A stretch of DNA of 64,000 nucleotides from Armatimonadota bacterium (GCA_963677485.1 OY781964.1:1600001-1664000), one strand, 5' to 3'; shown: positions 47,602-57,806, numbered from the stretch's first letter. Numbers and translations: made by a program. The notes: generated by a model from the letters alone, not told the origin.

Positions 47602-49440
47602 CTAGAACTTCACGCTCAACTGAGCCACGCCCACGCCGCTGGTACCGGCATCACCGAAGATGCTCGCGGTGTTCGAAGAGGCAGAGCGTACGTCTGCTAC
47701 TTGATAAAGCAGCCGAAGTGCTGTGTTCTCCGCCAACGTCAGGGTGCTGTTCAAGGTGATGAAGCTTTGCGTCGGGTGGTAACCGGTGTTCCGCTGGTTC
47801 CACACCACAGTTTCATAATCGACGCCAAGGTTCAGATTTGAGTTGACAGAGTAGCTGAGCTTCAGCAAACCATGGGCCAGGTTATCTATCTTGGACACCG
47901 GGGCACCATTTAGTCGGATGGTTTCATACCAGCCGCCATTCAGTCCTACCCCTAATTTTCCTGTCGTCCAGTTGATGCCGCCATATGGCCCCTTCACTCC
48001 AGTAGGGTTGGTGATACTGCCCACGCGTCCCCAGTTTCCTGGAGCCGAGAACTTCGGTTGGACCTCCAGGTAGCCAGCACTGAACTTCAGGCTTTCGTTC
48101 GCGGCATATCCCACGCCTGTATTGATCGCGTAGTTCTGGGAGTTCTCCTTCTGCACATCGTTCTTGTTCAGGTTGCTCTGTGCATAGTCTGCGAATAGGC
48201 TCACTCCGCCGATCAGGTTCTTCACCTTCAGCCCGCCGCCAAACGCCTCAAGCCGGTTGGTCTCAACTACGCGGGGACCAACTACCGCTGGCTGGTATCC
48301 AAAAGCGGCATACGCTGCATTCAACGAGATATTGTCGTTGATGGCATATCCCAGAGTGACACCAGCACTCTGCTCTATGTCCAGGTTGTTGCTGTTGTTG
48401 ACAGCCTGGAACTGACCGTTAACGAAATTCGCGACATCATTGGATTTGACGGTGTTGTTCTTGCCAGCAAACAGGCCAACCGAAAGTCCGCCAAAGGAGG
48501 TGCTCAGTTTTGCCCCATCAAGACTGTAGTTGCCGTTGTCATAGGCTGCGATGTTCACATAACGGTCGTTGTCTGGCCTGCTGAAAATGAAGTAGTTGAC
48601 TTGGTGCTCATAGCGGCCTACCGTAAGGTCCACTGCCTTTCCGAACAGTGTTACCGGTAGGTTGGCTTCAGCCTTCCAGATGGCGATATCTGTATTCGGG
48701 CTTTCATTCACACCCTTGAATTGCGATGCGCTACCGTTCAGATAGGACAGGTAGTTGCTGACCAGTATAGTGGCTGAACCTGTTGCGGTGTCACTGAGTT
48801 TTGCGTCCAGGTTCAGTGCCAGGTCGTGAAGCACAGACACATTCGAAAGCAAACTGCCAGGTTTGGTGGTGTTAGTGTTCAAGTCAGGAATCCCGTTGCC
48901 GCTGAAACTCTGGCTTGACCTGGCGATCAAGTTTAGATCGGCTCCGATTTTCAGTCTGGCTTGAGCGGATTCAATGGCAGCCACCCGCTTCTGTAGATCC
49001 GCATCATCCTTCTTCAGAGCTTCCACATCTACGCCGAGAGCCGCGAGTTCATCCTGGAATTCGGTGGCAAGTTTCTGAAGCTTCACACTGTCAGTCGCCA
49101 ACCTGGTGATCTCTTCACTCACCTTCGGATCTGTTCCAGTATCGGTCTTGTTGATCACGGTGGGGCCAGCAGCCGGCTTGTTAGCGGATGCTTCCAGTGC
49201 AGACAGGCGGGTTCGGACCGTGGTCAGTGCATCGCGAATGGCAAGTGCGAACTCGTAACGGGTGAGGTTGCGGTTGCCCTTGAATGTACCGTCTGGATAT
49301 CCCTTGATGATGCCGTCCTGGGTGAGTTCCGTGATGGCATCGTAGGCCCAGTGACCGGTCGGAACGTCGGGGTAGGTCTGTGCGTGAACCGCCGTGGCAA
49401 CCAGCAGCAAGGCACTGAAACCAGATAGAGTGCGTTTCAT
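47602..49440 (-). CDS. SLH-coiled coil-beta-barrel protein, paralog 3
   Basis: Signal peptide from ATG 49440, YPDVPTGHWAYDAI...TRYEFA, EFQDELAALG, ends AQLSVKF. Confidence 0.9.
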   Translation of the reverse strand: MKRTLSGFSALLLVATAVHAQTYPDVPTGHWAYDAITELTQDGIIKGYPDGTFKGNRNLTRYEFALAIRDALTTVRTRLSALEASANKPAAGPTVINKTDTGTDPKVSEEITRLATDSVKLQKLATEFQDELAALGVDVEALKKDDADLQKRVAAIESAQARLKIGADLNLIARSSQSFSGNGIPDLNTNTTKPGSLLSNVSVLHDLALNLDAKLSDTATGSATILVSNYLSYLNGSASQFKGVNESPNTDIAIWKAEANLPVTLFGKAVDLTVGRYEHQVNYFIFSRPDNDRYVNIAAYDNGNYSLDGAKLSTSFGGLSVGLFAGKNNTVKSNDVANFVNGQFQAVNNSNNLDIEQSAGVTLGYAINDNISLNAAYAAFGYQPAVVGPRVVETNRLEAFGGGLKVKNLIGGVSLFADYAQSNLNKNDVQKENSQNYAINTGVGYAANESLKFSAGYLEVQPKFSAPGNWGRVGSITNPTGVKGPYGGINWTTGKLGVGLNGGWYETIRLNGAPVSKIDNLAHGLLKLSYSVNSNLNLGVDYETVVWNQRNTGYHPTQSFITLNSTLTLAENTALRLLYQVADVRSASSNTASIFGDAGTSGVGVAQLSVKF

Positions 49441-49522
49441 GTTCGTATTCCTCCATGTAGTGTGTGTGTCTGGTGATAGGAGCTGCACCAAACCCTCAAC
49501 ACCCACAATGCGCTATCTGAGT

Positions 49523-49548
49523 CAAGAGCCTTCCCAGGTTTCCTCTTG
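49523..49548 (-). ncRNA. Conserved leader hairpin, copy 3
   Basis: Sense strand caagag-gaaa-cc-tgggaa-gg-ctcttg. Confidence 0.65.
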
Positions 49549-49764
49549 CCACACGGACTCGCTCGTGTCATGACTGAAGGGTCATAGCATCTCTTTAATT
49601 CACCGCAGGCAGATCGGAATGATCATTTTATTCCGTTGTTGACTATTCCGCTCTGCTTTATATGTTTTATCATACCATGCCAAATCCTGGATGTCAAATC
49701 TTGGATGCAAACCGTCTTTTCATCATGAGGTGGATATGAAACGAGGTTGTTTGTATATGGAGGA

Positions 49765-50500
49765 GCACCCGCCCATGCTGACACGGCGGCCTATGAAGTA
49801 GCTGATGATGTCACACTGAGGCGACACAGTGATAATCGGGTGGCTGTACGCCTCTGTTGCAGCCCAGCGTTGCCTATGTCCGGGGCGGTCTGTGCGCAGG
49901 CTAGCGGATGCAGAAGGCTCAAGACCGCGCCGGTCTGGCGGACAGCCACCAAAGATTCGTGTCAGGAACAAGCACCCGCCCGTGCATGCACGGCAGTCCT
50001 GGGTATAGCTGATGATGTCACACTGAGGCGACAGAGTGATATTCGAATGGCTGTATGCCTCTGTGGCAGCCGAGCGTGGCCTATGTCCGGGGCGGTCTGT
50101 ACGCAGGCTAACGGATGCAGAAGGCTCAAGACCGCGCCGGTCTGGCGGACAGCCACGAAAGATTTGTGTCAGGAATAAGACCGGCCCGTGCATGCACGGC
50201 AGCCCAAGGAGTAGCTGATGATGTCCGCTTCAAGAGTTACGAGATACAAGGGGGTTCCGAGAATAATAAGTCAGTCTATTGCCCATAAATATTGCGTGGC
50301 CAGCAGGTCACCGGTTCCGCGACATAAATGTCTCGGCTATTGAACACCAAGACTGCTGAAGCAGTCTTCATTAACGTTATCTTTGTCGGCAAGGAGCTCC
50401 GCAGCACGGTTTAGCGGGCTTGCTGATCAATAGCCGAGACATTTATGTCGCGGCACATGGTCGATACGATCCCAATCTGGATATGCGGGTAATAGACCGT
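49765..50500. repeat. Two 207-bp-period units plus a ccgcgacat-family REPIN
   Basis: gctgatgatgtc at 49801, 50008 and 50214; core tgtccggggcggtctg...agaccgcgccggtctggcgg; 50317-50453 is an inverse copy of 34546-34682. Confidence 0.9.
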
Positions 50501-50642
50501 CCTTTAAGGCGAGGGGGGGGTATATGAATTTTGGGTATTGGACTGCGCTTTAGCGCGTGGTGCGGTAGTTATGTTTAACTACGACAAAACCCCACTCCGA
50601 CCTTTGGGTAACCTACTGGGTGCAAAGAAGAATCCGTGACTA

Positions 50643-50678
50643 AAACAAAAAAGGCTCCCGGACCGAAGTCCGGGAGCC
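50643..50678 (-). terminator. Intrinsic terminator of SLH gene at 50700
   Basis: ggctcccggacttcggtccgggagcc followed by tttttt on the minus strand. Confidence 0.9.
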
Positions 50679-50699
50679 AGAGTTGGATACGGGAAGCTA

Positions 50700-52529
50700 C
50701 TAGAACTTCACGCTCAACTGGGCAACGGCAACGCCGCTCGTGCTGTTCGCAGCGCCAACATAGCTGGCGGTGGAGGTGCGCACGTCAATCACTTGATACA
50801 TCAAGCGAAGGGCGGTGTTCTCGGCCAGGTTCAGGTTGCTGCTCAGGGTGATAAGAGCCTCAGATGGCTTCTTGTCGGAGTCAGCAAGCTTCCAAACTAC
50901 GGTGTCGTAGTCCAGGCCAAGGTTCAGGTTCTCGTTAACAGCATAGCTAAGCTTTGCGTCGACGTGGGTAAGGTTGGTGCTGGGGGTAAGCATAGGTCGA
51001 ATACCCTCATACCAGCCGCCGTTCACATTGAGGCCGAGCTTGCCGGCATTCCAATTGATCGCAGCGTCTACACCCTTAAGACCGGTGGGGTTAATCCAGC
51101 GGCCCATGCGGCCCCAGTCACCAGCGGCCACGAAGTCCGGCTGAACTTCACGGTAGCCGGCCTTCAGGCCCAGGCTGTCGTTGATTGCATAGCTAGCACC
51201 AGCCAAAATGGCATAGTTCTTGCTGTTCATTTTCTGAACGTCGTTCTTGTTCAGGTTGCTCTGTGCGAAGTCAGCATAAACATCAACTGCTCCGAAGAGG
51301 TTGTTAGCCTTGAGGCTTCCACCGAATGTTTCCAGTCGGTTGTCCACACCACCACCGAGAACGGGGGTGCTGTAGCCAGAAGCGACATAAGCGGCACTCA
51401 GGCTGATGTTTTCGCCGAAGTTCAGGCCCATGGTCACGCCAGCGGTCTGATCGAGTTCCACAACAGGTGCAGGAGTGGAGCCGATGATGCTTGTGTTCAA
51501 CATCATGGACATGAAGTTGTCGCCATTGTTGCTCGTGACGGTGTTGTTCTTACCAGCGAACATGCCGAGGGACACTGGGCCAAAGCTGGTGGCGAGTTTA
51601 GCGCCGTCCATGCTGTAGTTGCCATTGTCAAATGCGGCGATGTTTACATAAGCGTCGTTGTCAACACGCTTCAGGATGAGCGGGCTCACCTGATTCTCAT
51701 AACGGCCAACGGTTACGTCAATTGCCTTGCCGAATACGGAGATGGGCAGGTTGGCTGCAGCCTTCCAAATCACGATGTCGGTGTTGGGGCTGCTGTTGTA
51801 ACCACCAAACTGAGAAGCACTGCCTTCTAGGTAAGGAAGGTAGTTGCTGATCAGCAGAGTAGCGCTACCTGTGGCGGTGTCGCTCAACTTAGCGTCGAGG
51901 TTCAGGGCCAGGTTATGCAGCACGTCTACGTTGGAAAGCAGGCCACCGGCGTAGGTTTCTACACCATTCAGGTCAGCAGTTGTGCGGTTGCTGAAGCTCT
52001 GGGTGCCGCGGACGATGAAATCCAGGTCAGCACTGATCTTCAGCTTAGCCATAGCGGCCTCGATGGCAGCTACGCGCTTCTGTAGGTCAGAGTTGTCCTT
52101 CTTCAGGGCTTCCACGTCTACACCAAGAGCGGCCAACTCGTCCTGGAACTCCGTGGCAAGCTTCTGCAGCTTGGCACTGTCAGCGGCGAGCTTTGTGAGC
52201 TCAGCGGTGACTTTGGGGTCCGTAACCGTCTCAACTTTGTTGATGACGGTGGGGGCGACTGCCGGCTTGTTAGCTGCAGCTTCGAGTGCAGCAATCCGGG
52301 TCTTCACGGTGCTCAGAGCATCGCGAATGGCCAGTGCAAACTCGTAGCGTGTCAGGTTGCGATTGCCCTTGTAGGTCCCATCCGGATAGCCCTTCACAAT
52401 TCCATCATTCGTTAGTTCGGTGATGGCGTCGTAGGCCCAATGTCCGGTCGGAACGTCAGGGTAGGTCTGGGAAAATGCTGCTGTGCTTAAAAGAACAACT
52501 GCTCCCAGGCTAATCAGGATTCGGTTCAT
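50700..52529 (-). CDS. SLH-coiled coil-beta-barrel protein, paralog 4
   Basis: Same architecture, visibly closest to paralog 3; ends AQLSVKF. Confidence 0.9.
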   Translation of the reverse strand: MNRILISLGAVVLLSTAAFSQTYPDVPTGHWAYDAITELTNDGIVKGYPDGTYKGNRNLTRYEFALAIRDALSTVKTRIAALEAAANKPAVAPTVINKVETVTDPKVTAELTKLAADSAKLQKLATEFQDELAALGVDVEALKKDNSDLQKRVAAIEAAMAKLKISADLDFIVRGTQSFSNRTTADLNGVETYAGGLLSNVDVLHNLALNLDAKLSDTATGSATLLISNYLPYLEGSASQFGGYNSSPNTDIVIWKAAANLPISVFGKAIDVTVGRYENQVSPLILKRVDNDAYVNIAAFDNGNYSMDGAKLATSFGPVSLGMFAGKNNTVTSNNGDNFMSMMLNTSIIGSTPAPVVELDQTAGVTMGLNFGENISLSAAYVASGYSTPVLGGGVDNRLETFGGSLKANNLFGAVDVYADFAQSNLNKNDVQKMNSKNYAILAGASYAINDSLGLKAGYREVQPDFVAAGDWGRMGRWINPTGLKGVDAAINWNAGKLGLNVNGGWYEGIRPMLTPSTNLTHVDAKLSYAVNENLNLGLDYDTVVWKLADSDKKPSEALITLSSNLNLAENTALRLMYQVIDVRTSTASYVGAANSTSGVAVAQLSVKF

Positions 52530-52645
52530 GATTGTTGGTTCCTCCGTTTCAGGTGTACTGAAAGCTGAGTAGATTTGGGTGTTGTGCCCAAATATGAGTT
52601 AGAACCAGCCGATGTCTCTTCACCGGAACCGGAACCACAATTTTA

Positions 52646-52671
52646 CAAGAGCCTGCCAGGGTTACCTCTTG
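52646..52671 (-). ncRNA. Conserved leader hairpin, copy 4
   Basis: Sense strand caagag-gtaa-cc-ctggca-gg-ctcttg. Confidence 0.6.
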
Positions 52672-53069
52672 CCATTGTGTTTCTTAATCCGGATCAGATG
52701 CTTAGGCTGGCTCTAATCTCCTGAGTGTGCTCCCCGTCCGCTGATCTCGAAGATCGACCCTACTCCACAGAAGGGGCGGATGGCGACTGCCCATTACACA
52801 AGACACACCAAAGGAATCTTACCACCTATTATTGGGGTAAGCAAGCTAAAATAACAGCAGAATCAAACATATTGGCATATATTTGTGAATATTTCATAAA
52901 TTCACCCTAAAATAGCTCTAAACACGACTGCAATATGGCACAGATGCGCCTGAATACTAGGTACAATCACTATTTCTATAGGAAGCGGGGGTGGTGATAT
53001 CCGCGAGCCGTATACAAATTGTCGCATGTCTTCCGCGGATCATCGGTGTGCTAAAATGAGCTCAGAGGT

Positions 53070-54011
53070 GTGATGCAGATGGGCCAACAACTAGTAGAAT
53101 GTGTGCCGAATGTCAGTGAAGGCCGGAATCAATCGGTCATCGCACAAATGGCGGATGTCGTTCAAAACACATCAGGTGTCACATTGGCCAACATACACTC
53201 TGACCCAGATCACAACCGCACAGTATTTACCTTCTACGGTACCCCAGACAGCGTGAAGCAAGCTGTCATCGCCCTGGCGCACCAATGTGTAAGGCTGATC
53301 GATATGACCAAACACGATGGCATGCACCCATGCCTCGGTGCCCTGGATGTGTGCCCGTTTGTGCCCATGCAGAATTGCCCAATGGCGAGTTGCATTGAGT
53401 TGGCGCGGTCAACCGCCGAAGCCATTTCGGAAGCCGTGGGCGTTCCATGTTACCTTTATGAGCATGCCGCCCTCAAGACAGACCGAAAGGCGCTGCCTGT
53501 GATTCGCAAAGGCGGATTCTCAGGGCGTGTAGGCCAACCACAGCAGGATGCATTAGCACCAGACTATGGGCCATCTCTCTTGCACCCCACCGCAGGGGCA
53601 TCAATAGTTGGGGCGCGATGGCCACTCGTGGCATATAACATTAATCTGGCAGGCCCCTACCTCAACGAAGCACGGCAGATCGCCCGGCAGGTGAGGCAAG
53701 AGCGAAACACCAATCCGGCGTTAACAGGGGTACGAGCCCTGGGTCTTCTGCTGCCATCCAAAAACCAGGCACAGGTCAGCATGAACCTCACGCAGCCCAA
53801 CAAGACGCCCATAGAGGGCGTCTATAAATATATATGCGGGCTGGCCCACTCATTGGGTGTAGCGACCGCCGATGCCGAACTGGTCGGATGCCTGCCAATT
53901 TCGATGCTGCAAGATGCCCTGAAGCAGGCCTTCGGCTGGCCATGCATTGACATCGGTCAGATACTGCCCATCGAACTGGGTGGCGCAGGAACGGAAACAG
54001 ATCTCTCATGA
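53070..54011 (+). CDS. ftcd: Glutamate formimidoyltransferase
   Basis: LVECVPNVSEGR, DPDHNRTV, IDMTKHDGMHPCLGALDVCPFVP, HPTAGA, LVAYNINL, QVSMNLT. Confidence 0.92.
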   Translation: MMQMGQQLVECVPNVSEGRNQSVIAQMADVVQNTSGVTLANIHSDPDHNRTVFTFYGTPDSVKQAVIALAHQCVRLIDMTKHDGMHPCLGALDVCPFVPMQNCPMASCIELARSTAEAISEAVGVPCYLYEHAALKTDRKALPVIRKGGFSGRVGQPQQDALAPDYGPSLLHPTAGASIVGARWPLVAYNINLAGPYLNEARQIARQVRQERNTNPALTGVRALGLLLPSKNQAQVSMNLTQPNKTPIEGVYKYICGLAHSLGVATADAELVGCLPISMLQDALKQAFGWPCIDIGQILPIELGGAGTETDLS

Positions 54012-55252
54012 GCCATATCGCCGATCTCTGGAAAAACTACACAGCGAGTATCCCAGCAGATCAAATGCATCTTCTCGTGTTGCTGGCGATCATCGGAACT
54101 GCGCTGCTGGTGGCCAAACTACTGGGCGAACTCTGCGAACGCATCGGCCAGCCAGCCGTACTGGGGGAGCTTCTCGCCGGGCTGATTTTGGGTCCATCGG
54201 TCATCGGCATGATTCGAACCGGCGGAAGCATGGGGCATGAGCTGATGCTTTTTGCCGAAATCGGCGCCATTTTTCTGCTGTTCGAGATCGGCATGGAGAC
54301 CGACCTGCGTGACATGGCTAAAGTGGGTAAACAGGCCATGCTTGTGGCCATGGTAGGTGTGGCGGTGCCCATGGTATTGGGGTATGGTGTGGCTTTATGG
54401 CTGCTGCCTGAGGGAGCCAACGCCAATATCCGGGCACTGTTCATCGGGGCGACATTAGCGGCCACAAGTGTGGGAATCACGGCACGTGTTTTAGCGGACA
54501 TGGGCATATTGAAGCGAGCCGAAAGCCAGGTGATTCTGGGTGCTGCGGTGATAGATGATGTGATTGGGCTGGTGATACTGGCCGTGGTCAGCGGGTTGGC
54601 CACCGATGGAGGGGTGAGTGCATTCGCCATCACCCGGACTATTGTCATCGCCGCGTTGTTCCTGGGAGGGTCGATCTGGCTGGGATTATGGCTGGGGCCC
54701 AAAATAGGCAAGCGTGTCCGCGGCATGAAAGTCCGGGCGGCTTACACCACTTTTGTTGTTGTCTGCCTGTTGTTCATGGCTTCTGCGGCGCAGTTTGCAG
54801 GGCTGGCGGTCATCATTGGGGCTTTTGCTGCGGGTCTGATTGTCAATAGATCATCACACAACCATGTGGTTCACGAAAGGCTGTCCGCGGTAGGCGATAT
54901 TTTCACTCCGCTCTTTTTTGTGATGATGGGTGCGCAAATGGATTTAAGAAGCCTGACATCGGCTGGTAATGTGCTAGGTTTGACCATTGCTTTAATATTC
55001 GTGGCTGTGTTGGGCAAATTGGCAAGCTGTTTACCACTGATTCGCAGTAAAATGCAGATACTACTGGTTGGTGTGGGCATGATACCCCGCGGAGAAGTGG
55101 GAATTATCTTTGCAACTATCGGTATGAAGGCTGGGGCTTTCGATCACACGCTATATACTGTCATACTAATACTGGTGATGTTTACCACGCTGATTACACC
55201 AGTATGGTTAAAAAAGCTGGTAGCGGCGCCTTCAAACGCGCTTGACGCTTGA
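54008..55252 (+). CDS. Cation:proton antiporter (CPA2/NapA-like)
   Basis: QPAVLGELLAGLILGPS, ATSVGIT, LGAAVIDDV, GMIPRGEVG. Confidence 0.93.
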   Translation: MSHIADLWKNYTASIPADQMHLLVLLAIIGTALLVAKLLGELCERIGQPAVLGELLAGLILGPSVIGMIRTGGSMGHELMLFAEIGAIFLLFEIGMETDLRDMAKVGKQAMLVAMVGVAVPMVLGYGVALWLLPEGANANIRALFIGATLAATSVGITARVLADMGILKRAESQVILGAAVIDDVIGLVILAVVSGLATDGGVSAFAITRTIVIAALFLGGSIWLGLWLGPKIGKRVRGMKVRAAYTTFVVVCLLFMASAAQFAGLAVIIGAFAAGLIVNRSSHNHVVHERLSAVGDIFTPLFFVMMGAQMDLRSLTSAGNVLGLTIALIFVAVLGKLASCLPLIRSKMQILLVGVGMIPRGEVGIIFATIGMKAGAFDHTLYTVILILVMFTTLITPVWLKKLVAAPSNALDA

Positions 55253-55343
55253 CGTAAAGAAAAAGGCTATGATACCATTCGACTGGTAATATGGTATTAT
55301 CGCCGAATCGGCATCAGCTCCTCGGGAGGACTGTGTACGTAAC

Positions 55344-56903
55344 ATGAGAGCATATTGGACCGCACCGATCTCCGCTGCCACTGTGGTGGCCCTTTCGCTG
55401 GGGCTTGCCTCTGCGAGTTTCGCACAGCGGGTTCCGTTCAGTATTCTGCGACCGCGTGACGGCGCGATGGTGAGAGGTGACGTCACAGTCACTATACCCA
55501 AAGCTAGCGTTCCGGACGGATCCTACCTTACCCTATCAATCAATGGTAAGTTTCTCCAGGCGTTTTACCCGGAAGGCGGAAGCAAATCCGACACCGTGCA
55601 ATACACCTGGGACACCAAACAGCCACTCTCTGGCAAGCCGGTAGCAGATGGAGACTATACAATTAGTTTCAAACTGTTCAGCAAAGATCAGCCTAAACCT
55701 GTTGACAGCACGGAAGTTCGTGTGCGCGTAGCCAACAAAAGCGGCATCTTTGTTGATAGCGGACTTAATAGCGGGTATCGCCGTAATGCAGATGGCACGA
55801 TATCTGTGGCCTCACAAGGAGTAATGTTAAAATACTACTTCACGCCTGGCAACACCATGAAATTCAACATGGATAACGGGCTGTTAGGCATACCCCAAGG
55901 TACCCAGACAGATAACCCTTCGCTGGATACCACAGGCAAGCGCAAACTTTACAGCTCCAAGCTGCAGCATATGTTTCTGCCAATTGGCAAAGGCATGCTG
56001 CCAAACAGGGGCGACAACCTGGCCGTAGTCAGGCAGCAGAGGATTACCACTAAAGAGACGGTAGGCGATTCCGCTCCTGTCACATCAAGCACGAATGCTT
56101 ACCTGCCGTTGACCCAGTTCATGGCTTACAGTGGCGATGCTGTGTATACATTAACGCAGAAATCCGCTGACCCCAGCCGATACCCTGTCGTCAATCTACC
56201 CTTGATGCCTGAGCGGATTGTTGCTCCTGGGGCTAAATGGAACATGAGCTTGATGCTCAGTCGACCAGACAAGACCGACGCCACCATCACTCGCATTCCA
56301 GCGACTGCCTCGGCGGTTGGTTACGAATGGGAAAACAACCTGCCCTGTATGCGCATTGAAGTGACCGCTGATCGACCACAGCCTACCGCAAAACCGGGCT
56401 TTGGTGAAGAGTTGGTCAAGCGTATGCAGTTTGAAGGCACAATCTGGTACGGCATTACTGTAGGCAAAGTGGTCCGCTTTGACGGCGCACTCACTGTCAC
56501 TAAGGACAAGAAAGACGATACCGCGGAAGATGACCCTAACATACGCGGTTTCAACACCGGCGGTACTGGCGGAGGCATGACCATGCCTAGCGGCGGCGGC
56601 GGTATGTCAATGCCCAGTATGCCCAGCGGTATGTCGATGCCCGGAATGACCGGCGGGAGCGTGATGTCTCCAAGGTCACCATCCGGCGGTGGGACAACCG
56701 GCCCAAGTATGCCAGGCAGCATGTCAATGCCCGGTAGGGGTGGCGGCGCGATGTCTATGCCTGGAATGGGCGGCGGTGCGATGTCGATGCCCGGTATGGG
56801 CGGCGGCATGTCAATGCCCGGTAGGGGTGGCGCATCTGCTATGGGCACCAGCTACTCCGAAATCGGCATACTCATCTATCAGTTCAGTATGAAACTTCAG
56901 TAA
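55344..56903 (+). CDS. Secreted hypothetical protein, N-terminal Ig-like domain and Met/Gly/Pro-rich repeat tract
   Basis: Signal peptide; ILRPRDGAMVRGDV...YTWDT...VADGDYTI; many M(S/T)MP(G/S) repeats near the C-terminus. Confidence 0.75.
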   Translation: MRAYWTAPISAATVVALSLGLASASFAQRVPFSILRPRDGAMVRGDVTVTIPKASVPDGSYLTLSINGKFLQAFYPEGGSKSDTVQYTWDTKQPLSGKPVADGDYTISFKLFSKDQPKPVDSTEVRVRVANKSGIFVDSGLNSGYRRNADGTISVASQGVMLKYYFTPGNTMKFNMDNGLLGIPQGTQTDNPSLDTTGKRKLYSSKLQHMFLPIGKGMLPNRGDNLAVVRQQRITTKETVGDSAPVTSSTNAYLPLTQFMAYSGDAVYTLTQKSADPSRYPVVNLPLMPERIVAPGAKWNMSLMLSRPDKTDATITRIPATASAVGYEWENNLPCMRIEVTADRPQPTAKPGFGEELVKRMQFEGTIWYGITVGKVVRFDGALTVTKDKKDDTAEDDPNIRGFNTGGTGGGMTMPSGGGGMSMPSMPSGMSMPGMTGGSVMSPRSPSGGGTTGPSMPGSMSMPGRGGGAMSMPGMGGGAMSMPGMGGGMSMPGRGGASAMGTSYSEIGILIYQFSMKLQ

Positions 56904-56957
56904 AATCACATCAGGGGAGCGTGAACCCACGCTCCCCACAGAAAGCTACACACACTT

Positions 56958-57740
56958 TTGGCAAGTCACACACCCCGGGAACATGAGCTGATCGACCATC
57001 TCACCGAACTACGCAACCGGATACTGCGTATCCTCATCGCAGTGATTATCGGATGGATCATCGGATGGCTGCAGTTCACGCCCGCATACGAAATTCTGTA
57101 CCGCCCCCTGGAAGAACCGCTTAAACAAGTAGCCGGAAAGCTAGTGTTTATGCATCTTTCCGATGGGTTTTTCTTAAAGGTACAGCTCTCGTTTGTACTG
57201 GGGCTGCTATTGGTCATGCCCTATATTTTGTACGAAATATGGGCTTTTGTGGCTCCTGCTCTCACTGCCCAAGAGCGTAAAGAGGCGAGTTGGTTCCTGC
57301 CCTTTTCCGCATCCTTGTTCTTCCTGGGCGTTGGTTTGGGTTACTGGATGCTGCCAGCCGCATTCAACTGGTTCATCAGCTACATTAAAGATTTCGGCGC
57401 AGGCAGCGCTCAGTTGTTCCAGAACCCGCTGCAGTTTGTGCTGCTTACCGTTAAAATACTTCTGGCATTCGGCGTGTCTTTTGAACTTCCGGTCGTCATC
57501 ATACTGGCGGCAAAACTGGGCCTGGTCACATCGGCCAAGCTGAATACCTACTGGCGCCACGCCATTGTTGTCATCGCCACATTCGCGGCGATCATCACGC
57601 CCACCTCTGATCCGCTATCTATGACAATCCTAACCGTGCCGATGGTGGTGCTCTACTTCCTTACGATCACCATCGTCAAGGGCATTGAGACGCAAAAAGC
57701 CAAGGCACAAGCCAAGGCTGCCAAACTGCAGCAATTCTGA
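56958..57740 (+). CDS. tatC: Twin-arginine translocase subunit TatC
   Basis: LIDHLTELRNR, YEIWAFVAPAL, AFGVSFELP, AAIITPTSDP. Confidence 0.95.
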   Translation: MASHTPREHELIDHLTELRNRILRILIAVIIGWIIGWLQFTPAYEILYRPLEEPLKQVAGKLVFMHLSDGFFLKVQLSFVLGLLLVMPYILYEIWAFVAPALTAQERKEASWFLPFSASLFFLGVGLGYWMLPAAFNWFISYIKDFGAGSAQLFQNPLQFVLLTVKILLAFGVSFELPVVIILAAKLGLVTSAKLNTYWRHAIVVIATFAAIITPTSDPLSMTILTVPMVVLYFLTITIVKGIETQKAKAQAKAAKLQQF

Positions 57741-57806
57741 TATCTGTTATCATGATGGTGTATACGAAACGACACCCAATCAATGTACAAATGAAGGATA
57801 TCACTT

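Noticed and set aside
41600-52529. Invertible or DGR-driven S-layer switching locus
   Set aside because: All genes are co-oriented with their own promoter and terminator; no invertase, reverse transcriptase or adenine-specific TR/VR pair was seen.
56321-56848. Proline-rich repeat ORF on the minus strand
   Set aside because: Antisense of the Met/Gly tract in the plus-strand gene.
56914-56937. Hairpin before tatC as an intrinsic terminator
   Set aside because: Perfect 10-bp stem but no U-tract; more likely a processing or stability hairpin, and not enough to call.
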